64,000 nt of DNA, from IMG/VR virus record IMGVR_UViG_3300021469_000002, positions 15,772 through 79,771 of that record; one strand, given 5' to 3'. Below are positions 49,133 to 57,757 of the stretch, piece by piece (positions within the stretch are counted from its first letter, which is position 1; every line of letters begins with the position of its first letter). Under the pieces are notes generated by a model. That model was not told the origin of the DNA. It did no database searches and saw only the letters and a list, made by a program, of their open reading frames with translations. Source of the stretch: a virus. The position numbers and the translations under genes are program-made.

Positions 49133-50590
49133 ATGGTTACTTTAAGAAAAACAGGTTATATTTGGATCCCACCAACTCAGCATCCAAATTGGAAAGTAAA
49201 AATTACTAGAAATGATGGAACAATTGATGATGTTACTGATTATATTTATGAAGCATCATTCACAATGGGAGCTACAGAAAGCATTGGTGATTTTTCCATA
49301 TCTTTAGATAATCTTGATGAACGATTTACTAATGTTTATTCTGGAGGAGAAACAGTCGAATTTTTTTTGGATTATGATAATGCAACCACCAAAGTTTTTA
49401 AAGGAATTATAGATAAAGTTGGCTATACTAAAGATCCTGCATTTAAAATTGAATTAAAAGGCAGACACCACGCAGAAAAACTTTTAGCTATTACTGTTAC
49501 AAAACAGTATACTAATACAGAAACTTCTGAAATAATTAAAGACTTATTCAGCACATATGCTTCTAATTTTACTACAAATAATGTTAATACCTCTACTACA
49601 TCAGTTACGGTTAATTGGTATCAAAAGCCATTTTGGGATTGTATTATTGAACTATGTAATGCAGCAGGATTTGATTGTTATATAGATGCTAATGGAGATT
49701 GTCATTATTTTGAAGAAAAATCGATAAGGAATACTACCGATGCTATAGTTCACAATGATAATTTAGTTTCAGTAAGCGGTTTTGGTACTGATATTACAGA
49801 TGTAAGAAATAGAGTAATAGTTTATGGCCAAGATATTGAAGGGTGTCCTCTAATTGCTACTGCAGAAGATACCGAAGCTCAACAAAATTTGTTTATAAAG
49901 GAACAAATTATAACTGATACAAATATTACTACCATAGAACAAGCACAACAAAGAGCAAATGAAGAATTACAAAGATTAAAAAATGCTATAGATAGAGGTG
50001 AAGCTGAAGCATTTCCAGGTTTGCCAACCATAAATCCAGGAGAAATGATATTTATTAGCGATCCTTCAAATAATCTTACTACTTATTATAAAATAATCGA
50101 ACTTACCCATAAAATTAGTGAAAAAGGGTTAAGTACTAAAGTTACAATAGAGAGGGGGTTAACGACTGTGGCTAAAATATTAAAAGAAAGAGTTTTATCG
50201 GAACAAAAATTATCCGATATTACTAATCCTTATGAATTAAGATTTAGCTGGAATTTTACATTTGATGATGATTCGCAAGTTGAAACTCATTCAGGAACTC
50301 AAACTAATAATGGAAAATTGAAGCTTCAAAGTGGAGTAAGTTCAGGAACTATGATATCAATTACAAAAACAGTACCATTAAGTGTAACTAAAATGCAATT
50401 AAAAATTAGTGGTGAGCAACTCAAAGGAACAGAAGAATATTATGTTAGTAACGATGGCGGTATAACTTGGTATTCAACTACTCCTGATGAATTAATTGAA
50501 GCTTCAGCTTCTGGAAGGAATTTAAAAATTAAAGTTGTTCTTAAAGACCAAGCCACCCAAATAGAATCTATGGCTTTACTATATAGGTGA
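49133..50590 (+). CDS. Baseplate hub/tail-tip protein
   Basis: VFKGIID, GFDCYIDANG..HY, NRVIVYG, I.PGEMI pattern of hub proteins. Confidence 0.7.
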   Translation: MVTLRKTGYIWIPPTQHPNWKVKITRNDGTIDDVTDYIYEASFTMGATESIGDFSISLDNLDERFTNVYSGGETVEFFLDYDNATTKVFKGIIDKVGYTKDPAFKIELKGRHHAEKLLAITVTKQYTNTETSEIIKDLFSTYASNFTTNNVNTSTTSVTVNWYQKPFWDCIIELCNAAGFDCYIDANGDCHYFEEKSIRNTTDAIVHNDNLVSVSGFGTDITDVRNRVIVYGQDIEGCPLIATAEDTEAQQNLFIKEQIITDTNITTIEQAQQRANEELQRLKNAIDRGEAEAFPGLPTINPGEMIFISDPSNNLTTYYKIIELTHKISEKGLSTKVTIERGLTTVAKILKERVLSEQKLSDITNPYELRFSWNFTFDDDSQVETHSGTQTNNGKLKLQSGVSSGTMISITKTVPLSVTKMQLKISGEQLKGTEEYYVSNDGGITWYSTTPDELIEASASGRNLKIKVVLKDQATQIESMALLYR

Positions 50591-50593
50591 AAA

Positions 50594-50794
50594 ATGGTTA
50601 AATGTATAGCATGTGGAGCTGAAATTAAAAATCCTTTGATAATAGAAGATGTTAATTTAGAACCTAAAAAATTATTTATAGGAAAAGCTTTTTGTGATGA
50701 AGATTGTTTTTATGAATTTGTATTAAAAAATAAAGACAATATAAAAACAAAAGGAGGGGTTATTAACTTTATAGGCTCAAAAGAAAAAGAATAA
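50594..50794 (+). CDS. Small zinc-binding (TRASH-like) protein
   Basis: CIACGAEI...FCDEDC. Confidence 0.6.
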   Translation: MVKCIACGAEIKNPLIIEDVNLEPKKLFIGKAFCDEDCFYEFVLKNKDNIKTKGGVINFIGSKEKE

Positions 50795-50830
50795 ATTTAA
50801 TAAATCTAATAAATTAAATGGAGGTATAAA

Positions 50831-51076
50831 ATGAACGCTTTAGTAAGCTTGTTTTGGGGTGCTGTAGCTGGTATTGGTTGGGGCATTCTTGGATATGCCA
50901 GAGAAAAACAAAAAGATGAACGCATAGAATTCAAAACTAAACATTTTGTAAAAACAATAATTACTGGAGCAGTTATTGGTATAGCGGCTTGGTATACTGG
51001 GGCACCAATTGAAAGCATAGCAGCAACACCAGTAGCAGATAAAATTGTTAATATTATAAACGATTTATTCGAATAA
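50831..51076 (+). CDS. Small two-TM membrane protein (holin-like position)
   Basis: Two hydrophobic helices; last gene of late operon. Confidence 0.5.
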   Translation: MNALVSLFWGAVAGIGWGILGYAREKQKDERIEFKTKHFVKTIITGAVIGIAAWYTGAPIESIAATPVADKIVNIINDLFE

Positions 51077-51122
51077 AATCAAACCTAAATTAAAAAAGAA
51101 AGAGATTTGTTTATCTTAAGGA

Positions 51123-51437
51123 CTAATGAGCTTCTGTTAAATAAGAACAAGCTTTAAGTTCAGGATGAATGTGCCATGTAACATTTAAAATTGGATCATA
51201 ATAAGTTTTTTTGCCTGCAAATATTAACCATTTACATAATATTTGTTCTCTTGTTAATTGTTTATAAGTATGAGGTTTTTTTGTATAATTATAAGTATAT
51301 TCATAAGGAGATGGTTTTCTGATTACCCACACGTTTTCATTTGATGTTTTAATTGGTTTTTGGAAAATAATTAAAAAATAAGTAATCATAACTAAAAAAA
51401 TAAAGTAAGAAATAAGGTAAACTGTTAATTTTCTCAT
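51123..51437 (-). CDS. Membrane-anchored hypothetical protein
   Basis: N-terminal hydrophobic helix. Confidence 0.55.
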   Translation of the reverse strand: MRKLTVYLISYFIFLVMITYFLIIFQKPIKTSNENVWVIRKPSPYEYTYNYTKKPHTYKQLTREQILCKWLIFAGKKTYYDPILNVTWHIHPELKACSYLTEAH

Positions 51438-51455
51438 AGTTATCTATTTTCTTAT

Positions 51456-51674
51456 TTATTCCATTCCTTCAGCAAAACCCAAAACGCTACCCAATAGGGT
51501 AATTAACGGAGTAATTACTGCTGTAGGAACAGATGCTACTGCAGGCAAACCAGCAACTTCCAATAGGGCTTGTAAACCAAACCCAAATAGGAATCCTGCC
51601 AATCCGCCTTTCATTCCATATTTTCCTGCTTTAACAAGTTTTTGCGTTTCCATTTTAAACTCACCTTTTGGCAT
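51456..51674 (-). CDS. Small Gly-rich two-TM membrane protein
   Basis: GGLAGFLFGFG...LLGSVLGF; likely start METQK. Confidence 0.55.
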   Translation of the reverse strand: MPKGEFKMETQKLVKAGKYGMKGGLAGFLFGFGLQALLEVAGLPAVASVPTAVITPLITLLGSVLGFAEGME

Positions 51675-51732
51675 AAAAATTAATTGAATTTATTATTTAT
51701 AAATTTAACCTTTTAATTCGTCAATCAACTAA

Positions 51733-54075
51733 CTATTCCAAAATTTTGCTTATTAATTCAGCAACTTGTGGATCTTTATCTCTTTGTTCGTTATAAAATT
51801 CTTTTAAGTCGGCTTGTGTTAATTCTGGAAACACCGGTCTTTGTTTTTGTCTTACAACCCATCTTACTCTTCTTTTATCAGTTTCATCAAAACCTTTTTC
51901 TCTTAAAAGTAATCCCTTAGCATCAAGTAATTTTAAATTTTTATATGTTTTATCGGTTCCCCACCCCATAGAAACCGCCATTTTAGATACTGTAATATCT
52001 CTTCCATCTTCTTCATATTCTTTGCATTTTTTATATAATTTTCTTAATTCTTCACTTCCTTCTATTATTAATTCAAAACTTTCTTCCAATAATTTTTTAA
52101 CCAGATTGTAATCATCTAAAGTAGCAATAATATAAGTTGTACCATCTAATTCAATTTTTGGTCTTTGAAATTGATGTAACCAAGCACTGATTTTAATAAA
52201 TTCTTTAATTTTTTTAAAATCTCTTCTTAATCTAACATACTCGTCTGTTACAGTCATTTTTCTTGCTAAAAGCAAAGAATATGGATTAATTACTTTATTA
52301 TATCTACTTTTTAATAGTCTAATAGCATCTTTTATTAGTTCTTGTCTATCAGCAACATGAATACCTGGATGAATATCCTCTTCTGCTTGAAATTCCATTA
52401 TAGCTTTTGTTTGTTCTGCAGAATCGTTACATTCCAATCTCCAAGTCCTTGTCATAAATTCTTCATCAAGCTGAAGCTGTGTTGAAGCACAAGCAAATAC
52501 AGGAATTCCGTTAGCCTTTAATTTTTTAATAACATTTCTGCCTAATGGGTCTTTGTCTACTATATGTGCTTCTATTCCTTTTTGATCACCTGACATTAAT
52601 GGTCTTAAACTTATTATTGCATCTTGTGCTCCTTCGAATTCTTGAACAACAATTATTTTTCCATCAACATTAGGAACCATTACGCCATCTACTTCTGTTT
52701 TTGGAATATTAGGATCTTGTGCCAAAAGATAATTTATTGCTTTGGAAGAAAAGCTTGTAGCTCTCGTTAAAACATCTTCTTCAGGAATAAAATCTAAAAC
52801 TCTGTTCAATAAATAAGATTTTCCAATAGATGTTGTCCCTGCTAATTGAGGATGTATTCTTTCGTCCAAATAAGCAGAGAGATAACACATCCATAATAAA
52901 AATCTATTTTCTTTTTCATTAACTATTACTTTATCGAATTCCTTTTGAATTTCTTCATAAAGATTATTAGATTTTAAAAATTCCATAGCATTAGCAAACA
53001 TTTTTTCATTTAATCTACATGGACAATTAGCATCATGAACACCAAATTTTGTAAGCAAATTAATTGTCCTTATATCAAAATAAATATAAGGCTGTTTTTT
53101 ATACCATTCAACCCATTGATATAATTCTTTTACTGAAAATTGGGTTTGTCCTCCTCTTTCAAGACAAGCTTTATGATATTGTTTAAGTATTTTCATAGTT
53201 TCTTCTTCGCTTAAATTATCTAAAGCACAACATAAAGCAACAACACCAGCACCATCATGTCTCATTCCTTCTTCGTTTCCTTCTCTGATTAATTTTTGAA
53301 CACAAGGAAGAGTAGTATAAGCACCTTCAAATTTTTCAATAACTTTTGGTTTTTCTTCTTCGATTGTAGTAGATAAATATTTATTAATTATTGTTCTTAA
53401 TTTTCCTATAGGAACATTCCAAAATTCTATTTTATCTGGATATACAACCTCATCATGATTAAATACTCTTTTTTTAACTTTTGGAAGATCGGTTATTATA
53501 GTTTTATATGCCCATTTTACATTACCTAATTCATCTACACCAGCTTCTTTTCTTCCACCAAACTCTCTTATTAATTTGCCTTTAGTTTCATCAGAAAAAT
53601 TAACTGTAGAATCGTCAAATGGTTTTCCTTTGCCTATATAATTTTTGTCTATTCCCGAAAGTCTTAAAATCTCATTCCATAAATAAGTTCTAATTATTCT
53701 TTCTTGGAAGCCATTTTTATATGCTTTAGTCAAAAGAGGTAAAATATCATCTGTTAAAACAATTTTAAAAAATATATGAATATGTATGCCTTTTCCACCA
53801 CTATCGGCTAAAATGTGTGGTATTTTATGTTCTCTTAAATATGTAATTACTTTTGAACCAAATTCTCTTATATTATTCCAATCCCTAAAATCAATATCTA
53901 TAACTATTTCATTTTGTAATACTGTTCGATAATCAATAGGAAATTCAGCTTGAGATAATGGTATCCATATACCAATCGGCCAAGTTTCATCAGGGGCTTT
54001 ATAATGATTGCTAACTAAAATCGGTTTTCCTGTATTTGCTGCCTCAACTTTTTTAATCCAGTCTTCCTGTCTCAT
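51733..54075 (-). CDS. AEP primase-helicase fusion
   Basis: IDID, SGGKGIHIH (AEP); LPC...EGMRH (PriCT-like); Walker A GTTSIGKS; C-terminal wHTH. Confidence 0.85.
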   Translation of the reverse strand: MRQEDWIKKVEAANTGKPILVSNHYKAPDETWPIGIWIPLSQAEFPIDYRTVLQNEIVIDIDFRDWNNIREFGSKVITYLREHKIPHILADSGGKGIHIHIFFKIVLTDDILPLLTKAYKNGFQERIIRTYLWNEILRLSGIDKNYIGKGKPFDDSTVNFSDETKGKLIREFGGRKEAGVDELGNVKWAYKTIITDLPKVKKRVFNHDEVVYPDKIEFWNVPIGKLRTIINKYLSTTIEEEKPKVIEKFEGAYTTLPCVQKLIREGNEEGMRHDGAGVVALCCALDNLSEEETMKILKQYHKACLERGGQTQFSVKELYQWVEWYKKQPYIYFDIRTINLLTKFGVHDANCPCRLNEKMFANAMEFLKSNNLYEEIQKEFDKVIVNEKENRFLLWMCYLSAYLDERIHPQLAGTTSIGKSYLLNRVLDFIPEEDVLTRATSFSSKAINYLLAQDPNIPKTEVDGVMVPNVDGKIIVVQEFEGAQDAIISLRPLMSGDQKGIEAHIVDKDPLGRNVIKKLKANGIPVFACASTQLQLDEEFMTRTWRLECNDSAEQTKAIMEFQAEEDIHPGIHVADRQELIKDAIRLLKSRYNKVINPYSLLLARKMTVTDEYVRLRRDFKKIKEFIKISAWLHQFQRPKIELDGTTYIIATLDDYNLVKKLLEESFELIIEGSEELRKLYKKCKEYEEDGRDITVSKMAVSMGWGTDKTYKNLKLLDAKGLLLREKGFDETDKRRVRWVVRQKQRPVFPELTQADLKEFYNEQRDKDPQVAELISKILE

Positions 54076-54340
54076 GAATCTTCCTCAAGTTATTTAAAAA
54101 TTTGGATGCACTAATTTCCTTATTTTTATTAATTTTGAATGTTGCTAAACCGTTTTCAGGAATAAGTTTTTCTGCTGCCATAAGACTTTGAATAGCTTTG
54201 ATAAGTATATCTATTCTGAATGTGCCTTTTCCAAGTTTTTTAATTCCTTCTGGACTAAGTTCAAATCTATCTAATTTCAGTATTCTATTTTGTATTTCTG
54301 TTTGGCTAAGTTCTTTTCTTAAATATTTTTCTAAACTCAT
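54053..54340 (-). CDS. Hypothetical protein
   Basis: ORF in replication operon. Confidence 0.5.
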   Translation of the reverse strand: MSLEKYLRKELSQTEIQNRILKLDRFELSPEGIKKLGKGTFRIDILIKAIQSLMAAEKLIPENGLATFKINKNKEISASKFLNNLRKIHETGRLD

Positions 54341-54642
54341 TTAATAACCTCTTTAGCAATTTTTAAAAGATCTTTTGCTCTTATTAAAAAATAATCATCT
54401 TTTAAAGTTTTGGATTTTATTGCTAGAATAGGTATTTTTCTTTCCTTTCTTGCTTTTTTTGCTATTTCAGGAAAAATATCCAAAATAGCAATTCTTTTTC
54501 TATATTTGCATTCAATATATAATTTATTATGTATTGAATCGCTTGATGTATGTCTACTATGAATACCTGATAATGGTGTTCTTTTAGCTCCAAATATTTT
54601 AGCCACACGCCTTTCTTGGACTTTCCACACCTTATCTGGCAT
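54337..54642 (-). CDS. PD-(D/E)XK nuclease, Holliday junction resolvase-like
   Basis: WK..ERRVAK...RTPLSG...SD...YIECKYR; start MPDKVW. Confidence 0.7.
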   Translation of the reverse strand: MPDKVWKVQERRVAKIFGAKRTPLSGIHSRHTSSDSIHNKLYIECKYRKRIAILDIFPEIAKKARKERKIPILAIKSKTLKDDYFLIRAKDLLKIAKEVIK

Positions 54643-55288
54643 TTTGTTCACACTCCTTTTGATATAAACAAAAACTACATTCCCATCTTCTACTTTCATC
54701 TTCTTTGCCTTCAGCCGGTGGAAGTTCGTTATTTTTAAGGTAAAAATGCAATCTTCTTGCTCTTTCTCTTACTTCTTTCATTATTTTCCAATCAAATTGA
54801 ACATCAAAGCTTTTAACTTCCAAATATCTTGTATCAATATAAATAACTTTTCCACCATCATTTTTGGTAAATGTAAGATAAGGAATAATTTGCATTAGAT
54901 GATGATGACTTACAGAATTCTGCTTCCAAATATTTGCTGTAGTTTTTATTTCTAATATATATTTTTTTCCACTTTCTTCGAGAATAATAAAGTCATCTAC
55001 TCTGCCTCTTAAAAAAAATTCTTCTTCATAATCAGGAATAATCAAACTTCTTTCTTCTATATGATGAACAACAGCACTACTACGTTTTAAAATATTTGCA
55101 ATCCAAGAATGCCACACATTTCCTCTTTCAAATATTCTTCTGGTTTTAGAATTAAATTTTTTAGGTTTTTTAAACATATACCAAATCTTTCTTATACAAT
55201 AAGGTATTTCGGAAATATAATAATGCCCTATTTCTCTTTCTTTTAATTCTTTATCTAAAACATCATCTATTATTTTATTGATGTCCAT
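54632..55288 (-). CDS. Cas4-like exonuclease
   Basis: YCIRK, G...H, GRVD, LEIKT, Q...Y, CSFC..QKEC (four-Cys Fe-S pattern). Confidence 0.85.
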   Translation of the reverse strand: MDINKIIDDVLDKELKEREIGHYYISEIPYCIRKIWYMFKKPKKFNSKTRRIFERGNVWHSWIANILKRSSAVVHHIEERSLIIPDYEEEFFLRGRVDDFIILEESGKKYILEIKTTANIWKQNSVSHHHLMQIIPYLTFTKNDGGKVIYIDTRYLEVKSFDVQFDWKIMKEVRERARRLHFYLKNNELPPAEGKEDESRRWECSFCLYQKECEQNAR

Positions 55289-55536
55289 AACATTTCCTCC
55301 TCAAATTCAAAAATTTCTTTTACTAATTTTACTAATTCATCATATTTTATAGAAGCAAGTTTTCTAACTTCATTTAACAATTTTTTAATTTGTTTCTTTT
55401 CATTTTCTTGACATTTTTGAATAGTTAAATTTATAATATAATTTACTGTAGGATATGTCTTTATTGAAAATTTTTCTTTTTTTAATTTTTTTAGCACATC
55501 TTCTCTAATTTTCCAAAAACTTTTAGTTTTATTCAT
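55270..55536 (-). CDS. Hypothetical protein
   Basis: ORF, likely start MNKTK. Confidence 0.45.
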   Translation of the reverse strand: MNKTKSFWKIREDVLKKLKKEKFSIKTYPTVNYIINLTIQKCQENEKKQIKKLLNEVRKLASIKYDELVKLVKEIFEFEEEMLWTSIK

Positions 55537-55747
55537 ATATCTTCCACTCCCCATTAACCAAATGCAAAAGTATTAATTTTCCATCATACATAGCTCTTAT
55601 TTTATTAGAAACTAAGAAGCCATTTGGGATAAAAAATCTATGTAATCTAAAAAGTTTGCCTTTATAAACAAATTCGATAGTATCATCATCTATTATTTTT
55701 ACTGGAACTTTTTTCATTATATTTTTCTTTATTTTTTCCCATTTCAT
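55529..55747 (-). CDS. Hypothetical protein
   Basis: ORF, likely start MKWEK. Confidence 0.45.
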   Translation of the reverse strand: MKWEKIKKNIMKKVPVKIIDDDTIEFVYKGKLFRLHRFFIPNGFLVSNKIRAMYDGKLILLHLVNGEWKIYE

Positions 55748-56034
55748 TTTAATTCCTCTTTGCATTTAGAACAAAACTTTTTAGGATTTTTTTTATGAAA
55801 CCAATTATAATATCCACAATTATTACATTGAATACATTCCATAAAAGAATAATCAGAAATCTTAACAATTTTAATATTCGGTAAAATAGTTTCTATACCA
55901 TTATGAAGAATAACTATTGATTCTGGTGTTTCGCGAATTAATTTTCCAGTAATGATAGCAACAGAATTAGGAGTATCATTATAAGCTACTTTTACTAACT
56001 TATTGAGTAGTTGCTCATATACCAATTCAACCAA
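55744..56034 (-). CDS. Sm/LSm-like domain plus zinc ribbon
   Basis: KLVKV...ITGKL...I..I followed by CNNC...CSKC. Confidence 0.45.
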   Translation of the reverse strand: MVELVYEQLLNKLVKVAYNDTPNSVAIITGKLIRETPESIVILHNGIETILPNIKIVKISDYSFMECIQCNNCGYYNWFHKKNPKKFCSKCKEELK

Positions 56035-56216
56035 CCTAATTCTAAACTGAATGAACCAACTAAGCCTTTATGCCCGATTGATTCGGTCATTCAGGTAATT
56101 TAATTATTAAAAAATGGGAATTTATTTAATTTATATTCTTGAAAATATATCATAAACCAACGAAAAGACTTTTATTAACAAAAACAAATTATTAATAAAA
56201 AAAAGAGGTAAATTAA

Positions 56217-56384
56217 ATGGCTGAAGAAGAAAAACCTTGTCCTGGATCAAAAATCAGAAGTAAAGGAATGGGTAGAGGATTAGGATTTGGAAAAGGAAAA
56301 GGCCCAATAGGAATTCCAATAGGCGAGAAAGAAAAAAGAATAAAGAAAATGAATGAAGATTCTGGATGGGAAAATTTATTATAA
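56217..56384 (+). CDS. Small Gly-rich basic protein (55 aa, not in ORF track)
   Basis: GAGGT RBS; CPGSKIRSKGMGRGLGFGKGKGP. Confidence 0.55.
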   Translation: MAEEEKPCPGSKIRSKGMGRGLGFGKGKGPIGIPIGEKEKRIKKMNEDSGWENLL

Positions 56385-56660
56385 CCAGATAATTTCAATC
56401 TTTCCATTTTTCTTTTCCATTTTTAACTTATACCCATCATCTTGAAGATGAACAACAGCTTCTATTAAAGCTTCTTCTCCCCACATTTTTCTAATATATT
56501 CTAATCCTGCTGGAGTATGTCTTTCTAATCTATGTTGCATAGGATATTTTTCAAAAGTTTTATATGGTTGAGTAGTGCACATATCTAACCATTCATGTAC
56601 TTCTTTAAATGGTTTTCCTGTTCGTTTTAAACTCTTTTGAATATGTAAAAGTGTTATCAT
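56379..56660 (-). CDS. His-rich small protein (possible metal-binding)
   Basis: H...S...G...VHEWLD...HR..RH...G...H..DD. Confidence 0.55.
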   Translation of the reverse strand: MITLLHIQKSLKRTGKPFKEVHEWLDMCTTQPYKTFEKYPMQHRLERHTPAGLEYIRKMWGEEALIEAVVHLQDDGYKLKMEKKNGKIEIIWL

Positions 56661-56677
56661 GTCTTATACCTTAAGAT

Positions 56678-56956
56678 TTATAAAGTAGTTTCTGGATAAA
56701 ATGTATAATTATATTTTTGAAATTCTTCTTCTTCTTCAAATTTTTTCTTAATTTCTTCTAAGGCAAAACGAAACATCTTGCCTAAATGTAGCATTGTTGA
56801 TGGACTTATGGATAATATAATAGGATATTCTTTTCTATCTTTTCTTATTACAATTCTAATTTCATTTGATTTAACTTCCCATTTAGCTGACTCAAATCTA
56901 AAACCAAGCATTATTTCCCAAAGTTGTTTTTCACTATCTGTAAATTTTTTCCACAT
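56678..56956 (-). CDS. Hypothetical protein
   Basis: ORF. Confidence 0.5.
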   Translation of the reverse strand: MWKKFTDSEKQLWEIMLGFRFESAKWEVKSNEIRIVIRKDRKEYPIILSISPSTMLHLGKMFRFALEEIKKKFEEEEEFQKYNYTFYPETTL

Positions 56957-57039
56957 AATTATTAATAGTTACTAAAATATATAAATTTTTAAAAATCAAA
57001 AAATTTTTAAATAAATTATTAAAAAAATTAATAAAATAT

Positions 57040-57468
57040 TTGATAAAAATGAAGTATAAGAAGAAGCAAAAGCATTTGGATAGGGAATTTGAGGATTTAT
57101 TGTATATGGGAACTTCCCTGATTGCCAAGACACTGAAAAAGTATGTTCATGAATTAGATAAGCACTTGGAAAAAATGTCTGAATCAAGAGAAGGTATGGA
57201 CGAATACACTACGAACCCGTTTCTCGTTTCCAACCTCGTTCAGGACATCCAAATTATAGGTGCTAATTTGCAAAATATCGTTAGCAATTTATATGCTTTA
57301 AACCTATACAAATTAAAAGACCATCCGTTGGTGCAGGGGAAAGTAGTGGAAACGGACACTTACGAAGTTCCTGGCGTCAGGAAGTTGAAATTGGACACAA
57401 TCCAAAGCAGGATGATGAGAAGGTTGGAGGAGATTAAAAATAAAAGTTACGATGAGCATTATGGTTAA
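57040..57468 (+). CDS. Hypothetical protein
   Basis: First gene of rightward unit. Confidence 0.55.
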   Translation: MIKMKYKKKQKHLDREFEDLLYMGTSLIAKTLKKYVHELDKHLEKMSESREGMDEYTTNPFLVSNLVQDIQIIGANLQNIVSNLYALNLYKLKDHPLVQGKVVETDTYEVPGVRKLKLDTIQSRMMRRLEEIKNKSYDEHYG

Positions 57469-57757
57469 GATAGAGCCGAAAGGTTGCCCATACAAGTCAG
57501 CATTTTGGCTTAACAAAAAGAGGGCGTATTATTGTTCACGATACAACAAATTGGTTGATTCTAAATGCGAGCCCTACTTCGTTATGGAGACACTATACAA
57601 CGAAGAAGGGGAAGTAGACGCATTCAAAACGGGATTTTATTGTAGCGAAACGAATGAGTTGCTTTACAAACATTATGATGAAAAAATAGGAATGGGAGAA
57701 CTCAAGCAAGAAGAAGTTGAATATTTATCTAAACTGAAAGGAGGGAAATATGAGTGA
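57452..57757 (+). CDS. Hypothetical Cys-containing protein
   Basis: ORF overlapping both neighbours. Confidence 0.55.
   Translation: MSIMVKIEPKGCPYKSAFWLNKKRAYYCSRYNKLVDSKCEPYFVMETLYNEEGEVDAFKTGFYCSETNELLYKHYDEKIGMGELKQEEVEYLSKLKGGKYE

Noticed and set aside
54632-55288. Cas4-like gene as a sign of a CRISPR-Cas system
   Set aside because: No repeat-spacer array or other cas genes seen; solo Cas4-like nucleases are common in archaeal virus replication modules
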